From NCBI RefSeq assembly GCF_963921235.1, contig NC_086108.1, positions 38,070,001 through 38,134,000 of the forward strand: a DNA stretch of 64,000 nt. The letters run 5' to 3'. How positions within the stretch are numbered: position 1 is the stretch's first letter; each line of letters opens with the position of its first letter. The position numbers were made by a program, and so were the translations under genes. Shown one piece after another: positions 1 through 10,660 of the stretch. This DNA comes from Mobula hypostoma (lineage: Eukaryota). The notes under the pieces were generated by a model. It ran no database searches. It worked only from the letters and a program-made list of their open reading frames with translations, and had not been told where the DNA came from.

Positions 1-769
1 GAAAGACAAATCTAGAAAGGGAAAATCAGATGACCCATGTAAAACTAGAAACAGACAACACCCATGCAAGCCTAAGAAGCAGCACTAATATAGTGATCAA
101 TGTGCTAGAAAAGAAACAAGAAAGGAAAAACAAGATTAATGATACAGGGGCTTGTCCACATATCCCACATAGAACCAAGCAAAGCTTCATCCAAGTCAAC
201 CTCCTTTAATTACATCTTTGACTCAGAGAAAATGAGTGCAGTTAAAAAAGAAGTTATTCAATGCAAGAACTAGGTGAAGGAGAGTGGCAATGGAAGAAGC
301 GTGATTGGACATCTGTTCAGGCAAGAAGCGTGGAGTGCTCAAGTGATTTTGTGGTGGATGGAGGTGCAAAGAAAATTGTACTTGGGACCAAGAAACTGAA
401 ACGTCCCAAAGTGCCAATGGATCAGAGTGCCATCAAAAAACTGTGACAAGACTAGAAAGTGGAGAAGAAATAGATTCAAGATAGAAATTGTTTGGGGAAA
501 GAACAAATTGGAACAAAGAACCTGTGGGTGCAGGCATGCTTGTGGAAACTGGAGAGGTAGATGTAGGCTTTTTAAGGAGGACGGAATGAGGCTGGAAGCC
601 ATGGAAGGAAGGTGCCAGGAGAAAACAAAGTTATTGACTGGTATTCAGTGCAGGGTCTTATGATCTAGGGTAGATGCTTCTACTTTGTATTCCTTGAAAA
701 ATAACAACTATTTATTTCCCTCTATAGATGCTTTTAGACTTAAGTCTTTTTCTTATTAATAACAGAGTC

Positions 770-1010
770 ATAAGCAAGGGAATATAGCTACAAAATAAGA
801 AGCCGATCATTTAAAACTAAAATGCACAGCAATATTTTATCTCAGTGAGTAGTGAATCTCTGGAATTCTCTTTCCCTGAGGATGGTTCTTGGACAGAGAT
901 AGAAAAAATATTTAAAAGTTAAGGAATTGCAGGGATATAGGGAACTAACAGAGGAGTTGAGATCAGCTATGAGTTTATTGAATGACAGAACAAGTTTGAA
1001 TGACCTAGTA
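770..1010 (+). mobile_element. Degenerate CR1 LINE 3' end fragment
   Basis: 'gtagtgaatctctggaattctct' and flanks resemble the 3' ends of the better-preserved CR1 copies in the window (e.g. 24890-24920). Confidence 0.55.
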
Positions 1011-1019
1011 GACTAATAT

Positions 1020-2300
1020 TGATAAAACATGGAGGAGAGACAGTGATAGACATCCTCACCAATATCTGCAACAAAATCTGGCAGACTAAGGAATGGACAA
1101 CATCTTGGACAAAAAACACTCATCATCACTCTCTCCAAGAAAGGTAACTTACAGCAGTGCTAGAATTATAGACCCAATAAGTCTTATCAGCCATGCAAGC
1201 CAAATGATGTTAAAAGTCATCTTGAACAGACTGAAACCACAGGCAGAAGAAATAATCACCGAAGAGCAGGCTGGATTCAGAAGAGGAATTACAGCAGGAC
1301 AGGTATTCAGCCTCTGACTACTGTGACAGAAATACACCATCATCAACAGGACATCCTCCACGTGTTCATAGACTTCAAGAAGGCATTCGATGCACACTGG
1401 CCACAATGAAGAGAGACAACATGGGCTAGAAGTTGATCCAAACCAACAAGTAGCTATATACCGAAGCTAGCATTGTGGGACTTGCTCAAGGCACAGTTGG
1501 AGAGTTGTTCCACACATCTGTTGGAGTCCGACAAAGCTGCCTCCTTTCACCCATGCTATTCAATACTTTCCTGGAGTAAATAATGACCTGGAAGTCTATA
1601 TTGGCAAAGTCAGCATCGGAGGACAGATCATAACCAACCTCAGGTTCACCAATGACATTGATGGGCTGGCAGGAAATGAGAATGAATTGGCCTGCCTTGT
1701 GAACCATCTGGCCAACATGCTAGATATGGCATGGGAGATCAGCACAGAGAAAACCAACCTGAATTTGCCGGCTAAACTAAAACCAATCTGGAGAGATAAT
1801 AACATTGCACTCAGATCCAAGTTGAAATCCCTGCATGCACTTGTGCTCTCCATCTTCTTGAATGTATGTGAATCATGGACTCTGACAACAGAACTTCAAA
1901 AAAGATCTAGGCAGTAGAAATGAGATGCTTCAGAAGGCTCCTCAGCATCTCCTATACAGACCATGTCTCAAACGACAAAGTACAAAGACCCATCACCCAA
2001 CAACATGAGACACTATGAAGATCTACTGTCCACAGTAAAGACGCAGAAACTGAGATGGTATGGCCACATAACAAGATGAAGTGGACTCTCAAAGACCATT
2101 CTACAGGGAACGGTGTTGGAGAAAAGAAAAAGGGGCAGACAGAGGAAGAAACGGGTGGACAACATTGCAGTGTGGACCAGTGAGACAGTTGCTGCCACCC
2201 AGGCACTTGCCCGCAACCGTGAGGGACAGAAGCAACTGGTGCAGTGCTCATCTGTGCAGTGCCCTTATGACCCAGGCGGGCTGCAGGATCCATAACCATA
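1020..2300 (+). mobile_element. RTE-clade LINE, degraded RT fragment
   Basis: ORF pieces PISLISHASQMMLKVILNRLKPQAEEIITEEQAGFRRG, SIFLNVCESWTLT and LEKRKRGRQRKKRVDNI are typical of RTE RT. Many stops and frameshifts. Confidence 0.85.
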
Positions 2301-2999
2301 ATATTATCCAATGAAGCTCAGCCTCTGCAAAGGTAGGGGGTTTGGATGGTTTTTCAACAATAACGGCATTGTCCTTGTTAGACGGTTTAATAAAAACATG
2401 CAGTTTCTCACTTTTCCTAGTTTTGAAGGAAGTCATCAACTCAATATATTAAATGCATGTCTTTCTCTCTGCAGATACTGTCTGCCCTTTTGAGTGTATT
2501 CAACATTTTCTGATTTTATTTTGGATTCCTGCATCTGTAGTTCATTCTTTTCAATTATGTAATTAAACATCCATATTTTGCAGTCCAAGCTGGAGGCTTC
2601 CTCCTAAACCTAGATCCTCAAGGTTGTTAAGCATGAACTTCACTCAGAAGTCGGCATATGCTGTTATAGAGAAACATTAGGCTGGCAACTTGTTACTGAG
2701 AAACAAAGCAGGTAAAATTGCCTTGATCCCATACTATTACACAGAAGAAGAAATTAAAATAAGCTATTTATTCTCAGTGAAAACCACTTGGCAATTAAAA
2801 CCAAAGCCCACTCCATCACCCAAATCTATTTGTTTTCTGACACGGAATCAGCATCCCGATTTGAAAATGACAATTAAAATTTATAATTGAATATCTAAAA
2901 GCTATGTGATTGGCATTGATTTAACTCAATTTGTATTTCTAAATTTGTTTATTTCTACAATTTAGGTGCACAGATGAAATTACTGTGGGTAACATTTCA

Positions 3000-3260
3000 G
3001 GTGGTAACAAGAAGGCATGCAGGAGAGAGAGATAAATTAGCTGGTTGAGTGGTACCACAGCAACAGTTTGAGAAGATTTGGCATTTCACCAAGGACTCTT
3101 GCAAACCTCCACAGATATAGGGCAGAAAGCATTCTGGCTGGTTGCATCGCATCCAAGTATGGAGCTTTCAATGCATACAATTACAAGATACTACAGAGAG
3201 CTGTAGGCTCAGCCAGCTCCATCACAAGCAAAACCTTTCGTACCATTGAGGACACCTTTA
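3000..3260 (+). mobile_element. Old Rex1/Babar-type LINE fragment, left part (continues at 13261-13288 and 20063-20330)
   Basis: RRFGISPRTLANLHRYRAESILAGCI...ILQRAVGSASSIT resembles the Rex1-type C-terminus at 34124-34489. The 3' continuation (...ttctttccctctgccatcagatttctgaatgg) resumes at 20063. Confidence 0.7.
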
Positions 3261-3334
3261 TAACCATATAACAATTACAGCACAGAAACAGGCCATCTCT
3301 GCCCTTCTAGTCCATGCCGAACTCTGACTCTCAG

Positions 3335-5188
3335 CTACTCCCACCGACCTGCACTCAGTCCATAAGCCTCCATTCCTTTCCTGTCCATATAGCTATCCAA
3401 TTTAACTTTAAATGACAACATCGAACATGCCTCTACCACTTCTGCTGGAAGCTCGTTCCACACAGATACCACTCTTTGAGTAAAGAAGTTCCCCCTCATG
3501 TTACCCCTAAACTTTTGCCCTTTAACTCTCAACTCATGTCCTCTTATTTGAATCTCCCCCATTCTCAGTGGAAAAAGCCTATCCACATCAACTTTATCTA
3601 TCCCGCTCATAATTTTAAATACCTCTATCAAGTCCCCCCTCAACCTTCTACGCTCCAAAGAATAAAGACTCAACTTGTTCAACCTATCTCTGTAACTTAG
3701 GAGATGAAACCCAGGTAACATTCTAGTAAATCTTCTCCGTACTCTCTCAAATTTGTTGAGATCTTTCCTATAATTCGGTGACCAGAACTGTACACAATAT
3801 TTCAAATTTGGCCTTACCAATGCCTTGTACAATTTCAACATTACATCCCAACTCCTGTACTCAATGCTCTGATTTATAAAGGCCAGCATACTAAAAGCTT
3901 TCTTCACCACCCTATCCACATGAGATTCCACTTTCAGGGAACTATGCACCATTATTCCTAGATCCCTCTGTTCTACTGCATTCTTCAATGCCCTACCATT
4001 TACCATGTATGTCCTATTTTGATTAGTCCTATCAAAATGTAGCACCTCACATTTATCAGCATTAAACGCCATCTGCCATCTTTCAGCCCACTCTTTTAAC
4101 TGGCCTAAATCTCTCTGCAAGCTTTGAAAACCTACTTCATTATCCACAACTCCACCTATCTTAGGATCATCTGCATACTTAATAATCCAATTTACCACCC
4201 CATCATCCAGATCATTAATGTATATGACAAACAACATTAGATCCAGTACAGATCCCTGAAGCACACCACTAGTCACCGGCCTCCAATCTGATAAACAATT
4301 ATCCACCACTACTCTCTGGCGTCTCTCATCCAGCCACTGCTGAATCCATTTTACTACTTCAATATTAATACCTAATGATTGAATCTTCCTAACTAACCTT
4401 CCGTGTGGAACCTTGTCAAAGGCCTTTCTGAAGTCCATATAGACAACATCCACCATTTTACCCTCGTCAACTTTCCTAGTAGCCTCTTCAAAAAATTCAA
4501 TAAGATTTGTCAAACATGACCTTCCACGCACAAATCCATGTTGACTGTTCCTAATCAGACCCTGTCTATCCAGATAATTATATATACCATCTCTAAGAAT
4601 ACTTTCCATCAATTTACCCACCACTGACATCAAACTCACAGGCCGATAATTACTAAGTTTACTCTTAGAACACTTCTTAAACAATAGAACAACATGAGCA
4701 ATATGCCAATCCTCCGGCATTATCCCCGTTTCTAATGACATTTGAAATATTCCGGTCAGAGCCCCTGCTATTTCCACACTAACTTCCTTCATATTCCTAG
4801 GGAATATCCTGTCGGGACCTGGAGACTTATCCACTTTTATATTCCTTAAAAGCACCAGTACTTCCTCTTCTTTAATCATCATAGTTTCCATAACTACCCT
4901 TCTTGTTTCCCTTACCTTGCACAATTCAATATCCTTCTCCTTAGTGAATACTGAAGAAAAGAAATTGTTCAAAATCTCCCCCATCTCTTTTGGCTCCGCA
5001 CATAGCTGTCCACTCTGATTCTCTAAGGGACCAATTTTATCCCTCACTATCCCTTTGCTATTAATATAACTGTAGAAACCCTTTGGATTTATTTTCACCT
5101 TACTTGCCAAAGCAACATCATATCTTCTTTTAGCTTTTCTAATTTCTTTCTTAAGATTCCTTTTACATTCTTTATATTCCTCGAGCAC
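3335..5188 (-). pseudogene. CR1 ORF2 reverse transcriptase portion (617 aa open)
   Basis: [38 protein letters not shown] and KYADD motifs. Separated from its endonuclease by the nested insertions. Confidence 0.9.
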
Positions 5189-5217
5189 CCCATTTACTCC
5201 AAGCTACACATATTTAT

Positions 5218-5253
<36 letters not shown>

Positions 5254-5699
5254 AAGTAGTCATACTTTATTGATCCTGAGGGAAATTGGTTTTTGTTACA
5301 GTTGCACCATAAATAATTAAATAGTAATATGTAAATTATGCCAGGAAATAAGTCCAGGACCAGCCTATTGGCTCAGGGTGTCTGACCCTCCAAAGGAGGA
5401 GTTGTAAAGTTTGATGGCTTCCTATAACGCTCACTGTTGCATCTCCGTGGAATGAGTCTCTGGCTGAATGTACTCCTGTGCCCAACCAGCCCATTATGTA
5501 GTGGATGGGAGACATTGCAACTTGGACAGCATCCTCTTTTCAGACACCACCATCAGAAAGTCCAGTTCCATCCCCACAACATCACTGGCCTTACGAATGA
5601 GTTTGATGATTCTGTTGGTGTCTGCTACCCTCAGCCTGCTGCCCCAGCACACAACAGCAAACATTATAGCACTGGCCACCACAGACTTGTAGAACATCC

Positions 5700-6621
5700 T
5701 GTGATGAAAGAAGGTTACAAAAGTACACATAAACTAAGATGTTAACTGTCCTGTGCTAGCACCAGTGGGATCAACAGTTGATCTGCCACCTGTCTTCAGG
5801 AGAGAGAGAGAAGTAAAACAATGGAGCAGCATTTGGAAATGTTAATGAAGAGACGAGAGAGTTTAACGGAAGGAGACACCGGTCTGAGTATTGTCAAGAC
5901 CGGCTCCTTTTGAAACCTGAACTGTTTGAAGTGTGATGGACAGGCGATACCCCAGCAGGGGGATAAAAAGGGACAGGTTCGCTAAAGCAATTGACACACG
6001 ACTCCACGTGGTAACGAGACCCTGAAAGCGGTGTGCCCCCCCCCACTAGCTGGTGGGAGTATTTTGGAGGTCTGGTCGCGGGACCAGCCATAGACGCACA
6101 GGGTGGAAAGGTACGGATCGGCGGGAAACTGGTGTGTGTGTCCGCCCTTGCCTAGGTGTTGGGTTCACCGCAGAAGAACGATCGTATCTGGAACGGAGGG
6201 GTCACAGTCGGTGACCTCAGAAGACATTACAAAGGGCTCGCCCGAAAACTGACTGCGAGGAATATTGAAGGTCTGTTTGGAATCCGATTTGAATATTCAT
6301 TCGTTCTCTCCCTCCCCACCCCACCCCCAACGGCACAACAATGATTACTGTGAACTGAACTGAACTCAATTGAACTGAACTTTGCGTCACTTGAAACTGG
6401 TCATTTACCCCTAGACGGCGATAGATTTTGATTGATCCTATTATCCTAGTTCTGTGTACATGTGTGTTTATCATTGCTGAACTGTTGCATTTATTATGCT
6501 TTTGATTAGAGTACTGTGTTGCTTATTTCTTTAATAAAACTTTCTTAGTTCCAGTAATCCAGACTCCAACTAAGTGTTCCATTTCTGCTGGTTTGACAAC
6601 CCAGTTACGGGGTACGTAACA
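5700..6621 (+). repeat. 5' LTR (922 bp) of the Gmr1-like element
   Basis: Direct repeat of 9736-10660; begins TGTGA and ends GTAACA. Confidence 0.95.
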
Positions 6622-6625
6622 TAAG

Positions 6626-6643
6626 TGGGGGCTCGTCCGGGAT
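6626..6643 (+). promoter_or_regulatory. Primer-binding site, tRNA-Pro
   Basis: TGGGGGCTCGTCCGGGAT is the canonical 18-nt complement of the tRNA-Pro 3' end, 4 nt after the LTR. Confidence 0.92.
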
Positions 6644-6719
6644 TTTGAACGCTAAATTTGGGATGGGGTAAATTGATTGGGTTAAAATTCCCGAAAGAAA
6701 GAAAAGACAAACAGCAGAA

Positions 6720-9560
6720 ATGGAGATTGAGGAATTTCTAAAGGTGCCGACCTTGGGGGCATTAGAGGATGCCAGGAAAGCGGAATTGGCAGCTGTGGCC
6801 AAATGGTTGAATCTTGTTAAGGGGAAGTCGACAATGAGGAGAGAGGAGATACATAGAGTTATCGTAGAGCACAATGTATCTAAAGGTGTGTTTCCCCAAG
6901 GGGAGCTGGAAGTGATATCTATTGGAAAACCTGGTGGAGACGCAGTACAGGTGCAGCTTGAAAAACTGAGACTCGAGCACGAGTTCCGGGTACGGCAGCT
7001 AGAACACGAAGAGAAACAGTTAGAATGGCAAGAGAGAGAGAGGGACAAACAGTTGGAGCGAGAAGAGAAACAGAGGGAAAGGGAATTCGAGCTGGAGAGG
7101 TTAAAGATAAGGGCAGAGCAGGGGCCCATGCCGAACCAAGGTGGAGGGTTCAGGGCGACCCAGGAGGTTAGGCTGGTTCCCCCATTTGACGATACCGATG
7201 TGGATCGGTACTTTCTCCATTTCGAAAAAGTTGCTGCAAGTCAGGACTGGCCGAGGGATAAGTGCGCTGTTTTGCTTCAGAGTGTACTTAAAGGGAAACC
7301 CCAACAAGCTTACTCGGCTTTGTCTGCAGAAGATGCCCAGAGGTATGAGGTGGTGAAAGAGGCCATCCTCAGGATTTATGAGTTGATCCTGGAGGCATAC
7401 CGGCAGAGGTTCCGGAATGCGAGGAAGCAGTGGGACCGCACGTATTTAGAGTTTGTCCATGAGATGCAGACATATTGTGAGTGTTGGTGCGCCTCGAAGG
7501 GGGTAGATGGGGATTATGACAGACTGCTACAGCTGATCCTGATTGAGCAGTTTAAAGATTGTGTCCCTGACGGTATGAGACCCTACCTAGATGAGAAAGA
7601 GGCAGCCATGTTAGCTACAACTGCTAAGTTAGCGGATGAGTACGCGTTGACGCATAAAATGAAGTTTGCCCCGAGTAAAGGCTACCAGAAGGGTAGTCAG
7701 GACGGTGGGGAGAGTCCGCCGGAAAAGTCAGTAAGTGAGCCGGGGACTAGTGAGAAGGATAAGGTAGACCAGGAGCAGTCTGGTACGAAGTCTTCTGGGG
7801 TCGTCTGTTATAATTGTGGGAAAGTCGGACACTTTGCGTCCAGGTGCTTTGCCCCAAAGAAGGAGACGGGAAAAGGAAAAACGGCGATTTCGACTGGCTG
7901 TATCGAGCTGATAAATGAACCGCTAGGAGGGGAAAGGTCTGCCAAAGTTCAGGAAGGGCGCGAGAGGTTTATCTCGGCCGGATTGGTGTCGGTGAAGGAA
8001 GGGTTAAACCCAGTTCCAGTACGGATCTGGAGAGACACGGGAGCGTGTCAGTCATTAATATTGAAGAGTGTGTTAGAGTTTAGTTCAGAGACCCAGGCTG
8101 GGGAGGTCAGGGTCAAAGGTATTGGGGAAGGGACAGAAGCAGTACCGTTGCACCAGATACACCTACAAAGCAACTTGGTCTCTGGACTAGTCACGATCGG
8201 GGTGAGGCCCGAATTACCGATGAAAGGCGTGGAAGTCTTGCTCGGTAGTGACCTCGCCGGGGGAATTGTGTTCTCGGCAGTGAGATTGATAGGTCAGCCT
8301 GCCAGCATTGAGGCCCCGCCCATGGACTCACAGGTTCATCCTGTTTGCGCAGTGACTCACTGTATGTCCAGAGACACTGCTGAGATGTTTCTACCAGCCT
8401 TGTATGAGGAGGGGGTAGAAAGTGAAAAGAAGGAGCGTAATGAAACAGGAGGAAGTGGGGAAATTAAGGTAGATTTATCATTAGAAAAGAAGGACTTTAT
8501 ACAGGCACAGGAGCAAGACGAGGAAACAACTCTCTGTGAAACAGAATTAGGAAGGGAGCGAGTGAATTATGGTGTGAAGGGGGAGGTACTAAGGAAGGAA
8601 GGGAGACCAAGTACCGCAGATGAGGAATGGGGGGTGGTGCAAAAGAGTTATGGGGATGAGATTTTTAACCTGGCCCACAAGGTACCCCTCGGTGGACATT
8701 TTGAGGTGCTGAAGGAAACAGTCGGCGGAGCCATGAGAGAGTTTTTCTGGCTGCACAGAAGGAAAGATGTTATTGATTATTGCAGACGCAAACTGAGACG
8801 GTCACAGGCTTTTGATATGCTAACAAACCTAGTCGGTGTTAGCGCGGAAATCAATGAAGCTAGGGTGCCACCTGATCAAGGGAAAAACCATTTTGAAAAG
8901 ATGGGTATGGTACCGACCAGATGGGAGAAGGCTACTGTTTTGGCCAGCTCTGCTGTTAAGGTCTCTCCCTTAATCCCCGAACAAAGCGACCCTTTAGGAG
9001 AGCTAATTAAATGGCTCGCACACGTGTGTTTGATTGTCCCGAGGCGATGCAAAGAACTAGGACGTTGGGTGGTGTTTGTCACGCTAGGTCAGCCTAGTGA
9101 GCAACAACCCTATAGAATGAGTAATTCAGTGACAAAAGGGCTAAAGAACACAGAAGTGTATATTGGCGATGTAATACGGCTCTCTGAAGCTAGCTTGATA
9201 GTGAACCTTGAAAAAAATGAGTTCGACCACACGAAGGTCACTTATCTGGGAATTGTGGTAACACAGGGGCAGCTGGCAGCAATGCAAGCTAAGGTGCGGG
9301 CTATCTCTGACATCCCAACCCCGACAGACAAGAAGGCCCTCAGAAGGCTCTTGGAGATTGTGGGCTACTGTAGGAAGTTTTGCAATGACTTTGCGGGTAC
9401 TACTAAGCCCTTGCGAAAGAAAACTAAGTCGGGATGGGGCGACCCTTGTTATCGTGGTCCGGGACGAAACCCAATGAGAGGTTACACTGATCACAATTCA
9501 CCAGTGTTTTCGGCCACTATGAAGGTTGCTAAGTTGGAGCCTGGTTTAGAGGATTATTAA
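6720..9560 (+). CDS. Gag (coiled coil, SCAN/capsid, CCHC knuckle) plus protease plus truncated INT/RT/RNase H polyprotein, 946 aa
   Basis: SCAN-like EAYRQRFR...LILIEQF...AKLADEY; CYNCGKVGHFASRC; protease IWRDTGA; integrase HH segment AHKVPLGGHF; RT remnants EVYIGDVI and KVTYLGIVV; RNase H remnant YTDHN. Confidence 0.85.
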   Translation: MEIEEFLKVPTLGALEDARKAELAAVAKWLNLVKGKSTMRREEIHRVIVEHNVSKGVFPQGELEVISIGKPGGDAVQVQLEKLRLEHEFRVRQLEHEEKQLEWQERERDKQLEREEKQREREFELERLKIRAEQGPMPNQGGGFRATQEVRLVPPFDDTDVDRYFLHFEKVAASQDWPRDKCAVLLQSVLKGKPQQAYSALSAEDAQRYEVVKEAILRIYELILEAYRQRFRNARKQWDRTYLEFVHEMQTYCECWCASKGVDGDYDRLLQLILIEQFKDCVPDGMRPYLDEKEAAMLATTAKLADEYALTHKMKFAPSKGYQKGSQDGGESPPEKSVSEPGTSEKDKVDQEQSGTKSSGVVCYNCGKVGHFASRCFAPKKETGKGKTAISTGCIELINEPLGGERSAKVQEGRERFISAGLVSVKEGLNPVPVRIWRDTGACQSLILKSVLEFSSETQAGEVRVKGIGEGTEAVPLHQIHLQSNLVSGLVTIGVRPELPMKGVEVLLGSDLAGGIVFSAVRLIGQPASIEAPPMDSQVHPVCAVTHCMSRDTAEMFLPALYEEGVESEKKERNETGGSGEIKVDLSLEKKDFIQAQEQDEETTLCETELGRERVNYGVKGEVLRKEGRPSTADEEWGVVQKSYGDEIFNLAHKVPLGGHFEVLKETVGGAMREFFWLHRRKDVIDYCRRKLRRSQAFDMLTNLVGVSAEINEARVPPDQGKNHFEKMGMVPTRWEKATVLASSAVKVSPLIPEQSDPLGELIKWLAHVCLIVPRRCKELGRWVVFVTLGQPSEQQPYRMSNSVTKGLKNTEVYIGDVIRLSEASLIVNLEKNEFDHTKVTYLGIVVTQGQLAAMQAKVRAISDIPTPTDKKALRRLLEIVGYCRKFCNDFAGTTKPLRKKTKSGWGDPCYRGPGRNPMRGYTDHNSPVFSATMKVAKLEPGLEDY

Positions 9561-9735
9561 AATAACACATATAAAAGGGACGGAAAGTGTGATTGCTGAA
9601 TGTCTGTCCAGGTGTTGACAACCTAAAATTCTCTGTATTAGCCAAATAGCTGATGAAAATGTATATTTGTGTGTATCTAATAATGTATTCATGCTTATAA
9701 TTTTTACCCCGGTAAAAATCCTTAAAGGAGAGGCC

Positions 9736-10660
9736 TGTGACGAAAGAGGGTTACAACAGTACACATAGACTAAGATGTTAACTGTCCTGTGCTAGCACCA
9801 GTGGGGTCAACAGTTGATCTGCCACCTGTCTTCAGGAGAGAGAGATAAGTAAGACAATGGAGCAGCATTTGGAAATGTTAATGAAGAGACGAAAGAGTTT
9901 AACGAAAGGAGACACCGGTCTGAGTATTGTCAAGACCGGCTCCTTTTGAACCCTGAACTGTTTGAAGTGTGATGGGCAGGCGATACCCCAGCAGGAGGAT
10001 AAAAAGGGACAGGTTCGCTAAGGCAATTGACACACAACTCCATGAGGTAACGAGACCCTGAAAGCGGTGTGCCCCCTGCACTAGCTGGTGGGAGTATTTT
10101 GGAGGTCTGATCGCGGGACCAGCCATAGACGCACAGGGTGGAAAGGTACAGATCGGCGGGAACCTGGTGTGTATGTCCGCCCTTGCCTGGGTGCTGGGTT
10201 CACCGCAGAAGAACGATCGTATCTGGAACAGAGGGGTCACAGTCGGTGACCTCAGAAGACATTACAAAGGGCTCGCCCGAAAGCTGACTGCGAGGAATAT
10301 CGAAGATCTGTTTGGAATCCGATTTGAATATTCATTCGTTCTCTCTCTCCCCTCCCCCTCCGCCCCCAACGGCACAACAGTGATTACTGTGCACTGAACG
10401 GAACACAATTGAACTGAACTTTGCGTCACTTGAAACTGGGCATTTACCCCTAGACAGCGATAGAGCTTGATTGATCCTATTATCCTAGTTCTGTGTACAT
10501 GCGTGTTTATCATTGCTGAACTGTTGCATTTATTATCCTTTTGATCAGAGTACTGTGTTGCTTATTTCTTTAATAAAACTTTCTTAGTTCCAGTAATCCA
10601 GACTCCAACTGAGTGGTCCATTTCGGCTGGTTTGGCAACCCATTTACGGGGTACGTAACA
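9736..10660 (+). repeat. 3' LTR (925 bp) of the Gmr1-like element
   Basis: Direct repeat of 5700-6621, preceded by a polypurine tract. Confidence 0.95.

Larger units (their letters stand above)
5700..10660 (+). mobile_element. Gypsy (Gmr1-like, SCAN-Gag) LTR retrotransposon, internally deleted and non-autonomous
   Basis: LTRs 5700-6621 and 9736-10660 (TG...CA), 4-bp TSD ATCC (5696-5699, 10661-10664), tRNA-Pro PBS, PPT aaaggagagg at about 9724-9733, single ORF 6720-9560. Confidence 0.95.

Noticed and set aside
1..660. Purine-rich stretch with short ORFs
   Set aside because: No motif I can assign; probably decayed repeat.
5894..6474. Small ORFs repeated in both LTRs (also 9899-10513)
   Set aside because: They recur only because the LTRs are duplicates; no recognisable domain.
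6626..6650. tRNA gene
   Set aside because: Only the complement of a tRNA 3' end (a PBS); no cloverleaf.
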